Shown: positions 50,694-61,963 of the stretch, piece by piece
Position numbering within the stretch: position 1 is the first letter of the stretch
How the letters are laid out: each line of letters starts with the position of its first letter
Program-made: the position numbers and the translations under genes
The notes under the pieces: model-generated
What the model saw: the letters and a program-made list of their open reading frames with translations, nothing else
What the model was told of the DNA's origin: nothing
Databases searched by the model: none
Assembly: GCF_001194135.2 (NCBI RefSeq)
Contig: NC_068994.1
Location: forward strand, 17,741,546 to 17,805,545
Direction: 5' to 3'
DNA from: Octopus bimaculoides
Lineage: Eukaryota
DNA: 64,000 bases

Positions 50694-53600
50694 CTTGTTA
50701 AAATAATAAATTGCAGGTTAAAAAATGCTTATTGGATGAAATCAAAGCAAAGGTAGGTTAAGCTGTTACTTCTCCATATTCAGAAGTCACAGCTCCAGGA
50801 CTTTGGACATGTTATTAGAATGCAGCAGGAAAAAATCACAAGACAGATCATTCAAATTGAACCAACCAGCAGGAGACCTTGGGGTAGACCAAGAATGAAA
50901 TGGTTGGATTATATTCATAGTCTCAGTTGGTCATACTTGGGAATCTAGCTGGAAAGTCTAATGATGATTGCTTCTGAGAGGACCCTATGGAGGAAGTGCC
51001 TGAAGACTACCCCAACAACTCTCCCAGGAATAGTGGACAGAGAAAATGGATCAATGTTTGCTTTAACCTCCAGTTCACATGAAGATAGATCTTTAAAAAA
51101 ATCATTTGGAATATGCTAGAAATGGAAAAGACATACTAGAACATAAATGTGTGCAGTAACTTTTGTAGGATATTGATAATGTATGCAATGTATCATGTTA
51201 AGTAGAAGGTTGAAGAGCAAGAAGAAATCTCCAGTATCTGAATTACCTGTACTAACTTGGGGGAAAAATAGAGAAGCTTACTTAATTGAGATAAGCTACT
51301 CGTAAGTTTAGCCCTTTCGTTACTGTATTTATTTTGAGATGCTCTGTGTTTCTTTCAATTACTTTAAATATAACAAAGAATTTAGTAAAACAACTTAGTT
51401 ATCATTCAGCTAGTGTTAGGAACATAAATTGTGACGAAAGTTTGGTGGAAAATTTTAATTGAAAACTTATGAAAACAAGACATTTGTATTCAGAACAAGA
51501 GCTAGTTTCAGCTGGGTTGGTAATGAAAGGGTTAGTCTGTAAGTAATTCTTGGTTGTACAGATTTCCCTTATATCACTAGTACCCTTCAGAAAAACAACA
51601 AATACTATCTTTGAGTATTTCACTTATGTAGGGTGAGCATTAGTTGCCTGGAGTCACTAAGAAGTTGATCTGGCTAGAAAGGCTAAATGGCTTGTCTCAC
51701 TGCCACTGTATCTTTTGCAAAGGCACTTAACTTTCAATTTCTTTAGTGTGATACAGATAATAATTGAAAATGACGAAAACATTGAGTGTTTTCGTGAATT
51801 TAAATCACCTATGAACTGTCATTGCTATCCATTTAGCACTGGCTGTTTCTAGATGCATGCACCATCACAAGAATCTGGTGAAATTATGATCAAATTATAT
51901 TTAATGGCGTTTACATAATACCCTGAGATTACTCTATCAATATCTTACATATTTCCCCATCCTTCATTGAACAACTTAATCCTAACTTTAGGAAAAAATG
52001 GTTGTGCCCATGAGAAAGCTTCTATCTTTATTTGATAAATCTGCTAAGAGTAGCAGCAAAGGTAAGTAAAATTGGAAATAAAAATATACCTATTGGCCTT
52101 CGTGCCGGTGACACGTAAAAGAACCCACTACACTCTCGGAGTGGTTGGTGTTAGGAAGGGCATCCAGCTGTAGAAACCCTGCCAAATCAGATTGGAGCCT
52201 GGTGTAGCCATTGGGTTTCACCAGTCCTCAGTCAAATCATCCAACCCATGCTAGCATGGAAAGTAGATGTTAAACGATGATGATGATATTCTAATATCAG
52301 CATCAGTGTTGCTACTACTAATAATAATTCTAATTATAATAACTATAGAATATAGTCCTAGATAAGTTGTGTTGGAACATAAGACAAGATGGTCACAGCA
52401 AAACTTCCTTCAATGATATGTATGCTTGATCAGAGCTGATCTGGATCTTAACCTTTTAATAAGTAGATAATTTTTTAAAACCCTTGTGACATAGGTAAAT
52501 AATTTTTAGAAAATGTGTTCTAGTACTGCTCTATGGAGTGTGTTTTATGTATGAGTCACCATATTCAAAAATCAAACTGACAAATGCTCATAGTTTTTCA
52601 AGTGTCAACGGTTGCCAAAGAATTCTGGGATATTTTTGAAGTGGTCCTACATATCATATACAAGTGATTCCCAACATGGGGCATGAAATCCAAACTTTTT
52701 TACTTTTTCTTTTCTTATTTATTTTTAATGGAACATGGAATTGTGAAAAATCTTTTTTTCACAGGTAACATATTACACTTATACTCAGCCTAGCCAAACC
52801 AATCCCTCCAGCCAAGCATACTGTGTGAAGATTGTTTGCTACAGTATAGTGCTGTTCTAATGCCCTAGGGTGGATATTTCTTTAAGGAAAATACATAATT
52901 AGAAATATTTAAAATAAGGTTATTTTTTTTACTCACTACTAGTGGGGCATACATTTTTCTGGAAAGTTACAGCAGAGTGTTTTTGTGAAAATAGGTTGGG
53001 AAACGCTATATACAGCAGGTGAAATATATTTTTGGTTTCCTTCACAAGATAATCCCAAAGTAAAAACCCAGCACCAACAGAAGCCAAAAAGAATTATGAA
53101 AATAATCAACAGACGTAGTTTTAGTTAGTGTCTATCTAGGTCCACCATGGCTAACAAAATCATTTATAAGATGTGGGGTTTATCAGTTTTCAAGTCACAT
53201 GTATCCAGCATCTGCATTGTCAGAAGTATCATCATCATGTAACTCCTTTCTACTACTAGATTCAGCTCTATTGTCTGCATACATACTCTCGTTATCTACA
53301 TTACTTGCTCATGCATCATATTTGCTATCTGAATCTTAAACATAGAACAAATTAAGATCATTTCCATTACCTAGGCTGTCATTGTTACTGTCCGACTCCT
53401 TGGAGATATCAAACATTTTCCTCTACACTGATTGAAGACCTCCTTTTAGCAAACAAACAATATGAACCACTGAGTACTATCATGTTGCTTTTGAGCATTT
53501 AAAGCTATAAATTATATAACATAATGATGTGAAAATCACTGGAATTCTATAGGAATGCATGGCTGCTTCAACAAATTAACATGCAATATTTGGTGGTGCC

Positions 53601-53875
53601 CCAGCATGGCCACAGTCAAATTACTGAAACAAGTAAAAAGAAAAAAAAAATCAACCAGTAGGAGAATGCTTGACAATGAGCTATGAAAAAATGACCAAAA
53701 TGTCCCTCTGTGTACCATTGGTGAATGAAATGTTCTACCTGCAAGAGAGTTAACAACAGAAAGAAGATACAAACTACTAAATGTTCAGTTATTACTGAAT
53801 GATGATATTAATAAAAAATTTTTTTTTAAAGAGACTAACTTGAGCTATTGGAATTTATAAAGATATCTAACAAAC

Positions 53876-53987
53876 CTATGGCTAGCTGATATAATCTTGG
53901 CATAGTTGATTTGATGCGTTCAATTCCATTAGCTAACTGGGCTACATATCCACTAAACTCTTGTCCAAGTGTTAAGGGCACTGCATC
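53876..53987 (-). CDS. FH: Fumarate hydratase exon (not in ORF track)
   Basis: Hand translation [37 protein letters not shown](G); ttttgcAG acceptor, G|GTTTGT donor; 112 nt. Confidence 0.95.
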
Positions 53988-54199
53988 CTGCAAAATAGCA
54001 TTTGAACAATAAAAACATCATCATACAGCAAAATGTGTGTGTGTGTGTGCCTTCCTCCCTTTGATAAGGAGGGAGGAAAATAGGTGTAAAACAGTAAAGA
54101 AAGAAAAGATGTGTGAAAATACAAAAATGCTCAGCTCAAAATTAGTTGCAGTGAAATAGAGTGTGTGTATCAGCTTTATGTTTGGGGATCCTTTCTGTT

Positions 54200-55260
54200 T
54201 GGCTTTCACTTTTCAATTCTTTTAATTTTGTTCCAATTGATTTCAAATTTTGTGTATTGATGTAGTTTTGTATGTTAATTATGGAAATGACATTTGTTTT
54301 TGCCATAAATTAATAAATAAAAAGTTAATAGATTTTTAAAGTGTGCAAATTTTGGGTAATTTTAGCCAATCGTAAGCCACAGACACATTGGTGCCTGTTT
54401 CCATAATAACAAGCCAAGATGTTGTCTGCTTAAAGCTACTGTATCTATATTCTGAACTTTCATTTTTGAATTTTCACTACAAAAAAAGAGGATTGTTTTT
54501 TTCAAATTTGGTATATTGATGTAATTTTTCATGCTGAATCCGATTTTGTTAATCATTTGTCGCAGAAAACTTTTTTTAGAAAAATGTTACCAATTGATTA
54601 ACCCCAGATCATCCACTGGTCAAACTGACTCTAAACTCCAACCCTAAATCCTAACTCTAGTCCTAGAGTATCTCAAACTTTCGCTGTTAAATGTTTGCAT
54701 GAACTAAGCTACAGTAGTGTAATGTGCAGTTTGTTTTTTAATTTTTTTGAAAAAAAAATTCATTGATCATTTTCCCTTTTTATATTTCCTGTTCCAACAT
54801 TTTACTTGACTTTATTTAAACTTATCAAAACTTCAAAACATATTACAACTTTCGTCATTGTAATTTATTGCTTCCCTGGCCGTTGCCAGTACTGTGGCAT
54901 GTAAAACACCCACTACACTCTCAGAGTGGTTGGCATTAGGAAGAGCATCCAGCTGTAGAAACACTGCCAGATCAGATTAGAGCCTGGTGCAGCCATCCGG
55001 TTCACCAGTCCTCAGTCAAATCGTCCAACCCATGCTAGCATGGAAAGTGGACGTTAAACGATGATGATGATGATTTTGTTTAATAAAAGTTATCTTGCAG
55101 AAAATGACTGCTTCTAAATGCTATTTTCTGATTGGGTAAAAATAATCAAACTTTAAACTGCTGTAACTTTTTTCAAAAATTTTTTCTGGAACAAGTGAAT
55201 AACAACATCAGATTCAGTGTGAAAAAGTACATCAATGTACTAAATTAAAATTTTTTTTAT
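54200..55260. repeat. Foldback-like element with ~100-bp diverged inverted repeats (54490-54590 / 55162-55255), interrupted by an RTE tail
   Basis: Reverse complement of AATCCGATTTTGTTAATCATTTGTCGCAGAAAAC matches TTTTCTGGAACAAGTGAATAACAACATCAGATT with scattered mismatches; related motif at 54240-54290. Confidence 0.5.
54878..55074 (+). mobile_element. RTE 3'-end copy, plus orientation (same family: 5110-5380, 10035-10280, 26225-26390, 52092-52288, 60855-61165)
   Basis: Ends CATGGAAAGTGGACGTTAAACGATGATGATGAT. Confidence 0.85.
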
Positions 55261-55888
55261 TTAATTTTAAAATTTGAAAAAGTGAAAGCCAAATAGAAAA
55301 GAGTCATGCTAAGGTGTTAGAGAATGAGAGAAGTGGCTGGAGCAGGGCAAGTTTCATGCTACAGAGGGGCTACATGGCACTCACATTTTGGAAGAGAGGT
55401 TGGGGGTGATCAGGTGGAGCTGGGAAGAGATAAAAAAAGCAGTGATAAGGTGTCTTTGTGGACCCTCAAAGTACAAAATGACTAAAAGTGAATGGGACAA
55501 AAGAACTGGAAGTATGGATGGGTAAAGGATGCATGAATGTTTGGGAGAATCAGAGATAGGGAATGGGTGAAGTGGTGACTATAATAAACAACAAATGTTG
55601 AGTGGATAAGTAGGAAAGGTGGAGAAGAGTAGGCTAGGGTTGAAAGGTGAATAAAAATGTGGAGTGATAAGTTCCAGAACAGATACAGGAGATATAGTAG
55701 ACAGAGGAAGGATGAGAGAGAGATGATGAGTGGTTGGGTAGGTTGTGAGAGTGTGGGGCAGAAAGGGGCAGGTGTAACACATAGGGAGAGTGAGAAACAT
55801 ATAGTGGTAGAGAGGATGTGAGAATGGAGGACAGTATTAAGGATGAGGAACATATATCAAGGGAAACATTTCAGGGTAGTGGTATTAA

Positions 55889-56800
55889 CCCTTTCGTGTT
55901 CGGACAGGCCGAAAATAATTTCCCTTTATCTGTTTGAACCAGCTAAATCCCGCTGTATCTGATTCCTCTACAAAATCACTAAAAAATTAAACAAATCATG
56001 TTATTGAATTCTCGTTGTTTTGAGATAATGTGAGATAAAGCCTTTACCACCTTTATTCAAGTAAAAATACCCTGAAATTTTTGAGACTTCTTGATTTTTT
56101 TCAACATTTGAAGAGAAGTGTATATCTTAATTTTCAACGATATGGCATCAGCAAGTAGCAATTCTGACTTTGAAGGTTTTACTCTTAATGATGTACAAAA
56201 TATAAATGCAAACAACTGTGATTTGTCTTTGGACAAATCTGATATTGATATTTATGAATCTTCATTGGACGAGGAAAATTTTGATAATAAAAGTGATGAA
56301 AATTATATTGAAAACATTACAGCAACATTATTGAAGATTATCACATCAACCACAGTTCCTGATTTCACAGAAAAGACTAGACCACAACACACTCTACCTC
56401 CCAATGTTCAACCATTGGACTATTTATTTTTACTGAAGTTTTTTTTTTTTAACTACTGGAATCTTGATGTAAGGTATGGTGATCCATATATCTCCAGCAT
56501 TATGCCTAACTATAGTCGATTCATATACTGTTTATGTAAAAAGCCACCAAAAGACTACGACCATTTAAAATTTTGGGTTGACATCGCATCTCAGTTACGT
56601 GAGGGCTTTTCTTCCAGAAAATACAGAACTGGGAGAAAAGCAAGATTAACTGAGGTGAACGTTAACAGAGAAAATATTGACTTCCATAAAGTGGAAAAAA
56701 TAAATGGAATGAAAAAATTTTGTAGACTGTGTTTGCAAAACTGCAAAAAGATATAAGGTCAAGAACTCATAGTGCTTTCTGTGGTCCGACTCCATATTAA
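55889..56800 (+). mobile_element. Internally deleted piggyBac element; ORF 56142-56756 joins transposase N-terminus to C-terminal region
   Basis: TTAA|CCCTTT left end; acidic N-terminus, PDFTEKTRPQHTLPPNVQPLDY, YWN...PYISSIMP, LKFWVDIASQL, CRLC; most of the DDD core missing. Confidence 0.75.
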
Positions 56801-56853
56801 AATTTGTTTGAAATTTTAAGGTGTTTCCATTATTTTATCCAACCCCTGTATAT
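56800..56853 (-). mobile_element. Tc1-like terminal inverted repeat abutting N gap
   Basis: Minus strand TA|CAGGGGTTGGATAAAATAATGGAAACACC; partner end not visible. Confidence 0.4.
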
Positions 56854-57004
56854 NNNNNNNNNNNNNNNNNNNNNNNNNNNNNNNNNNNNNNNNNNNNNNN
56901 NNNNNNNNNNNNNNNNNNNNNNNNNNNNNNNNNNNNNNNNNNNNNNNNNNNNNNNNNNNNNNNNNNNNNNNNNNNNNNNNNNNNNNNNNNNNNNNNNNNN
57001 NNNN

Positions 57005-57036
<32 letters not shown>

Positions 57037-57039
57037 GTG

Positions 57040-57225
57040 TAATTGTCAAATATCACAAAACTTGCTAAACAATATCTGGACTTAAAAGACATATGCTAGT
57101 TCATAAAAACATTCCTTCAGATTCAGATTCTAAAGGGCAAAGATGAATAATATCTGTCACTTGTGTCTTAAACCCTGTCAGTCAGGAGCTAGTCTTAAAA
57201 GCCATCTGAGGGCTCATCAACAGAG
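57040..57225 (+). pseudogene. Two degenerate C2H2 zinc fingers, probably the C-terminus of an RTE-type LINE ORF2
   Basis: CHLCLKPCQSGASLKSHLRAH at 57155-57217; upstream ...TC*TISGLKRHMLVH with stop and frameshift. Confidence 0.5.
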
Positions 57226-57294
57226 GGATTGTGTTGTGCTGATGGGAAGGCTATCATCTGTCAAGATGAAGCAATCATCATATATATATATATG

Positions 57295-57470
57295 ATAGAT
57301 CGCTGACCACTACACATATTTTTTTTCTCTCCTTGTTTCTTTCTGTTGAAGAGCGTAAGCTCGAAACATTAAAGACTTTCTCTATTCCTGAGCGTTATAC
57401 TAATACATCCATTTGTTGTTTACACCACCTGTCTTCGTCTGTTGTTTTTTCGTGAATTCTCCTATATATA
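57295..57470 (+). mobile_element. Second copy of the same short hammerhead-bearing repeat
   Basis: Aligns to 1945-2135 along its length; GTC cleavage triplet changed to ATT. Confidence 0.55.
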
Positions 57471-57515
57471 TATAACAGAGTATTGTAGTTTGCTTGAAGC
57501 ATTGTGTATTGTTTG

Positions 57516-57719
57516 TAAAGAATAAAACGTTTTGAATGGTACAACAATGCACTATAATACAAAAAAATGGATTATATAATTGTTGTAATTTAGTTATCTA
57601 TAGTCCGATGATCTGAAGAAGGAATTGTATTTCGAAATAGATAACTAAATTACAAGTATATAGTCCATTTTTTTGTATTATAGTGCATTGTTGTACCATT
57701 CAAAACTTTTTATTCTTTA
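57516..57719. repeat. Near-perfect inverted repeat, ~85-bp arms (57516-57601 / 57637-57719), 35-nt spacer
   Basis: Reverse complement of right arm matches left arm except about 3 mismatches and one 3-nt bulge. Confidence 0.95.
57590..57648 (+). ncRNA. Type III hammerhead ribozyme motif (helix III extends to 57516/57719)
   Basis: helix III-AUA(57600-02)-stem I GUC/cgau/GAU-CUGAAGA(57613-19)-A-stem II GGAAU/ugu/AUUUC-GAAA(57634-37)-helix III; every pairing checked by eye. Confidence 0.65.
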
Positions 57720-57768
57720 TATATATATATGCAATGTACATGGATAAAATTATTGGTATATAACTTAC

Positions 57769-57924
57769 TTGCGTGTGTGTACGTCCTACTTTGATAATGT
57801 CCATAAACTCATTAGATTTGTTTTTGAGAGATTCATGTAATTTATGAAGGGCAGGTAATAAATGCTGGTGGATTTCAGCAGCAACAGCTATGTGCATTGC
57901 AGTCGGAAATGTATCATTGGAACT
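57769..57924 (-). CDS. FH: Fumarate hydratase exon
   Basis: [52 protein letters not shown]; canonical AG/GTAAGT; 156 nt. Confidence 0.97.
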
Positions 57925-58095
57925 CTGTAATACATGAATAAACAATTAATTGTCACAATGTAAGATATAGAAAGGACAATAAACATGCTTGATCACAAAA
58001 CATAAGCGAATGACCCCAATATCAAAGCTCTTGAGTTGTTTTTCTCAGAGTGACATGTAACATGTAAACACATTGAAGACCGGTGTGGCATTTAA

Positions 58096-58314
58096 CACTT
58101 TAGCATTCAGATTATCCAGTCAAACGTAATGCTTTTACATTCACATTGCTTTCAATTAATCAGGCATTATTTTGTGACTTCGAAATTTTGATGATATGGT
58201 TGTATATTTTACAATTGCATTAAAGAGTAAGTGTGATAGGCTGGATCTGGTTGGTTGGAGTATAACACAGGTAGAACATTTGGGACAGATATAGCCAGTT
58301 TAAATGCTAAAGGG
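58096..58314. mobile_element. piggyBac-type MITE P1, reverse orientation (also 61486-61704)
   Basis: TTAA TSDs and TIRs. Confidence 0.85.
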
Positions 58315-58493
58315 TTAAGCAAATAAATAAGAATATAAAAAATATGGAAGTCTCTTCTTGACCGGTTTTCTTGTATTTAGTACCTTATACAGGAACACTT
58401 GATTAAAAGATATTTTTCTTTTTGTTAGATTATGAGAAAATTACATCAATTAGAAAAAGAATGGTTAAATTGTTGGTTGGTTATTGTATAGAT

Positions 58494-58737
58494 CAGCAGT
58501 TCTCAATCATTTTTTACCAATGGACTCCTTTGATTCCTATTTTACTCGGGTGGACTCTCCCAGCAATTCAATGTTTAAAAAATGATATTTTTATAATTAA
58601 ATATTATTAGGAATTGTTTAAAAAAAAAAAATATTTTGTGAATTGTGAAAGTATAACAAATTTATTGCAAATAAATTTAACAAAATCTTATATGGACCCC
58701 ACCCAAGGGCCATATGGACCCTGGTTGAAAACCACTG
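58494..58737. mobile_element. hAT MITE (a more decayed one at ~52661-53008)
   Basis: TIR CAGCAGTTCTCAA / TTGAAAACCACTG; perfect TSD GTATAGAT. Confidence 0.9.
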
Positions 58738-58779
58738 GTATAGATTATGAATTCATATTTTCAAATTTTTTTTTTATTC

Positions 58780-59235
58780 CATCATCATCATTTAACATCC
58801 ACCTTCCATGCTAGCAAGGGTTGGACGATTTGACTGAGGACTGGCGAACCAGGCTCCAATTTGATCTGGCAGAGTTTCTACAGCTGGATGCCCTACCTAA
58901 CGCCAACCACTCCAAGAGTCTAGTGGGTGCTTTTACGTTCCACCGGCACGAGGGCCAGTCAGGCGGTACTGGCAACGGCCACGCTCAAAATGGTGTTTTT
59001 TACGTGCCACCTGCATAAGAGCCAGTCCAGCGGCACTGACAACAACCTCGCACGAATGTCTTTTCACGTTCCACCGGCACAAGTGCCAGGAAGGCAACGC
59101 TGGTAACGATCACGCTCAAATGGTGCTATTTACGTGCCACTGGCATGGAAGCCAGACAGCTGCTCTGGCAATGATCACGCTCGGACAGTGCTCTTAGCGC
59201 GCTCCTCTGGCACAGGTGCCAGTCATCGAATTTGG
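58780..59235 (-). mobile_element. RTE 3'-end copy with five-unit hairpin array (same family: 25049-25450, 28493-28705, 36396-36765, 38830-39125, 59815-60125, all minus)
   Basis: Matches 3' UTR and tail of 6172-7955; CATCATC(G)TTTAAC(G/A)TCC start on + strand. Confidence 0.85.
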
Positions 59236-60133
59236 TTCAATCATGATTTCGAAAAAAACATTTTCTATGTCTGTTCTAGATAGAGCTGTGAGTCCTCATT
59301 GCTGGTATTTAATTGAGTTTTAAACATTACTCTATAAAGGTATAGTCTTGACTGTGTGATTAAGAAGCTTACTTTACAACCACATGGTTTTAGATTCAGT
59401 CCTGCTACACAGCACCTCTTCTAATATAGACACAAACCAACCAATGACATGTGGAAGAATTTAGTAGATGGTAACTGTGTGGAAGTCTGTTGTGTGTGTG
59501 TGCTGAGTGGTTTTCAGTTCATGATCATAAGGACATGAGTTCAATTCCAGTGGCACGTTATGTCCTCCAGTAAGACACTTTATTTCACGTTACCCCAGTC
59601 CACTCAGTTGACAAAAATGAGTTGTACTTGTAATTCAAAGAGCCAGCTTTGTCACTTTCTGTGTCACGCTGAATCTCCCTGGAAATACGTGAAGGGTATA
59701 CATGTCTGTAGAGTGCTCAACTATTTGCACGTTAATTTCATGAGCAAACTGTTCCGTTGATTGGATCAACTGGAACCCTCATTGTCATAACCACTGGAGT
59801 GCCAGTTTATATATCATCATCATCATTTAACATCCGTTTTTTCATGCTGGCATGGGTTGGATAGTTTGACTGAGGACTGGAAAGTCAGCGGCTGCACCAG
59901 TCTCCAACCTGATCTGGCAATGTTTCGACAGTTGGATGCCCTTCCTAGTGCCAATCACTCTGAGAGTATAGTGGATGCTTTTTATGTGCCTTCGGCACAG
60001 GAGCCGGTCAGGTGGGCCTGGCATTGGCCATGTTCGGATGGTGCTTTTTATGTGTCACCGCCATGGGAACCAGTCAGGCGACCCTGGCATCAATCACATT
60101 TGGATGGTGCTTTTAACATGCCACCAGCACACG

Positions 60134-60181
<48 letters not shown>

Positions 60182-61963
60182 TACACACACAAATACATAC
60201 ACTGTATTGAGACCCCTCTAGCAAGTAGTGTGGAGCAACTCTTTGGACCTTGTACTGTATTTTGCCCAGATGCTCAAGAGCACAGGGAGAAGGCTAATAC
60301 AAGTGGAGACATGACAGGGCATTGCAGAAATCACAAAGTGGACTTAACTGCAAAGGGTGAGGACCAGACTATTAGATGTTGTTATGCACCACTGGTCACA
60401 GTGTGCTTCCTTACACTGTTTTGTCTTTTGAAGATGGTTTATTACACTGACTTCAGTACAAGACTGGTACTTTATCAATGCCAAAAGGATGAAAAACAAA
60501 ATCAGCCCTGAATATAGAGAGCCAGAACAAATATTGGTTTCAATTTTGGCACAGGGCCAGTAATTTTAGGGGACATTTTGCTACCATCTCTATCCTGCTG
60601 TCTCTCACTCACTCTCTCCTTCTCCTGCACTTTCCTCAGGTTGGGTAACCATGTATCTCCTTTGTGGAAGCACACCTGTTTCTGTCTTTATTCCTGATAT
60701 CTCTACAGCAAGACACCTCTACACCTTCCTCTACAGCAAGGCACCTGTGTCTGTCTCTCTGTCTCACTATAACCTTTCATCATCCAACACAAAACCACCT
60801 CCTCCAATAACCCCTCCCCTCTTGAAAGTTTTATTTTTTTTTTTGTCTTGCAAGTAATTGGTGACCCTGTCAGTGTAGGTGCCACTTAAAAGCATCCAGT
60901 CCACACTGTAAATTGGTTGGTGTTTGGAAAGGCATCCAGCTGTAAAAACCTTGCCAAAACTGACCTCACCAGTGCTTGTGCCACGTAAAATGATGTACTA
61001 AGTCCACTCTGCTGAGTCGTTAGTGTTAGGAAGGGCACCCAACTGTAAAAATCCTGCCAAAATAGTCACAGAAGTCTGGTGCAGGCTTCTCCCTAGCTGG
61101 CTCTTGTCAAACCATCCCACTCAAGCTAGCATGGAAGGCAGATTTTAAATGATGATGATGAGGAGGAATGTCTATTTATAACCAAAGTAATTGCCTATTG
61201 TATTTCCAAAACAGATAATTCTCAACAGTTTGATGGCTGCCAAAAAAGTGTTGCCTGTCACAACATATACCTACAATAAAGTGCTTACTTGTGGATGATG
61301 AAAGTGAATCTCAAAGTAATAATAGGTTTTAATCAGGGAAACAAGTGGAGGACCATACAAAAAGCCTGCACTTAAAACATGTGTGTGTGTGTGTGTGTGT
61401 GTACTGTTTATTTATTATTCATTATATAAAAGCATTGGAAATAAGGTTAGATGCCATCATCTAATTAGAAAAAAAAAAGATTTGACCCTTGAGCATTCAG
61501 ATTATTCTGCCAAATGTAATGCTTATTTATTCACATTAAAAAAAAATTAATAATGCATTATCTTGCAGCTTTGAGATTTCAATGATGTGACTATATTTTT
61601 ACAATGACATTGTTAGGTATTGTGGGGAGCCAGATCTGACCACTTTAAACATAAAACATGTAGAAAATTTTGGGCCAGATACGGCCAGTTTAAATACTAA
61701 AGGGTTAATTTACTGCAAGATTAATTTATTTCAAGATGTTTTAATTTGATTCAAGTTTACTTTAACTTCCTTTAAGTTTATTTTAATTTGTACTTGAAAA
61801 AGGTGTCAATGCTTTAAATTATCCTGTTTATATTTATATTTCTGCATGGAAAAATAATGTGAGGATATCTTATTTTTTGTTCTTCTGGAAGGTCAATAGG
61901 TACCAGTAAAAGACAAACTCTTGCTCCAACTCTCTTCACAAAAAAAAAAAAAAAAAATCTACC

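Noticed and set aside
54630-54665. Telomere-like CCCTAA repeats
   Set aside because: Only 3-4 degenerate units inside a repeat; not an interstitial telomere
57040-57225. C2H2 zinc-finger gene exon
   Set aside because: Stop and frameshift, no TGEKP linkers or splice context; pattern fits an RTE LINE C-terminus
58930-59225. CRISPR-like repeat/spacer appearance
   Set aside because: Eukaryotic LINE 3' UTR; the 'spacers' are homologous to each other, the repeats are degenerate and there are no cas genes
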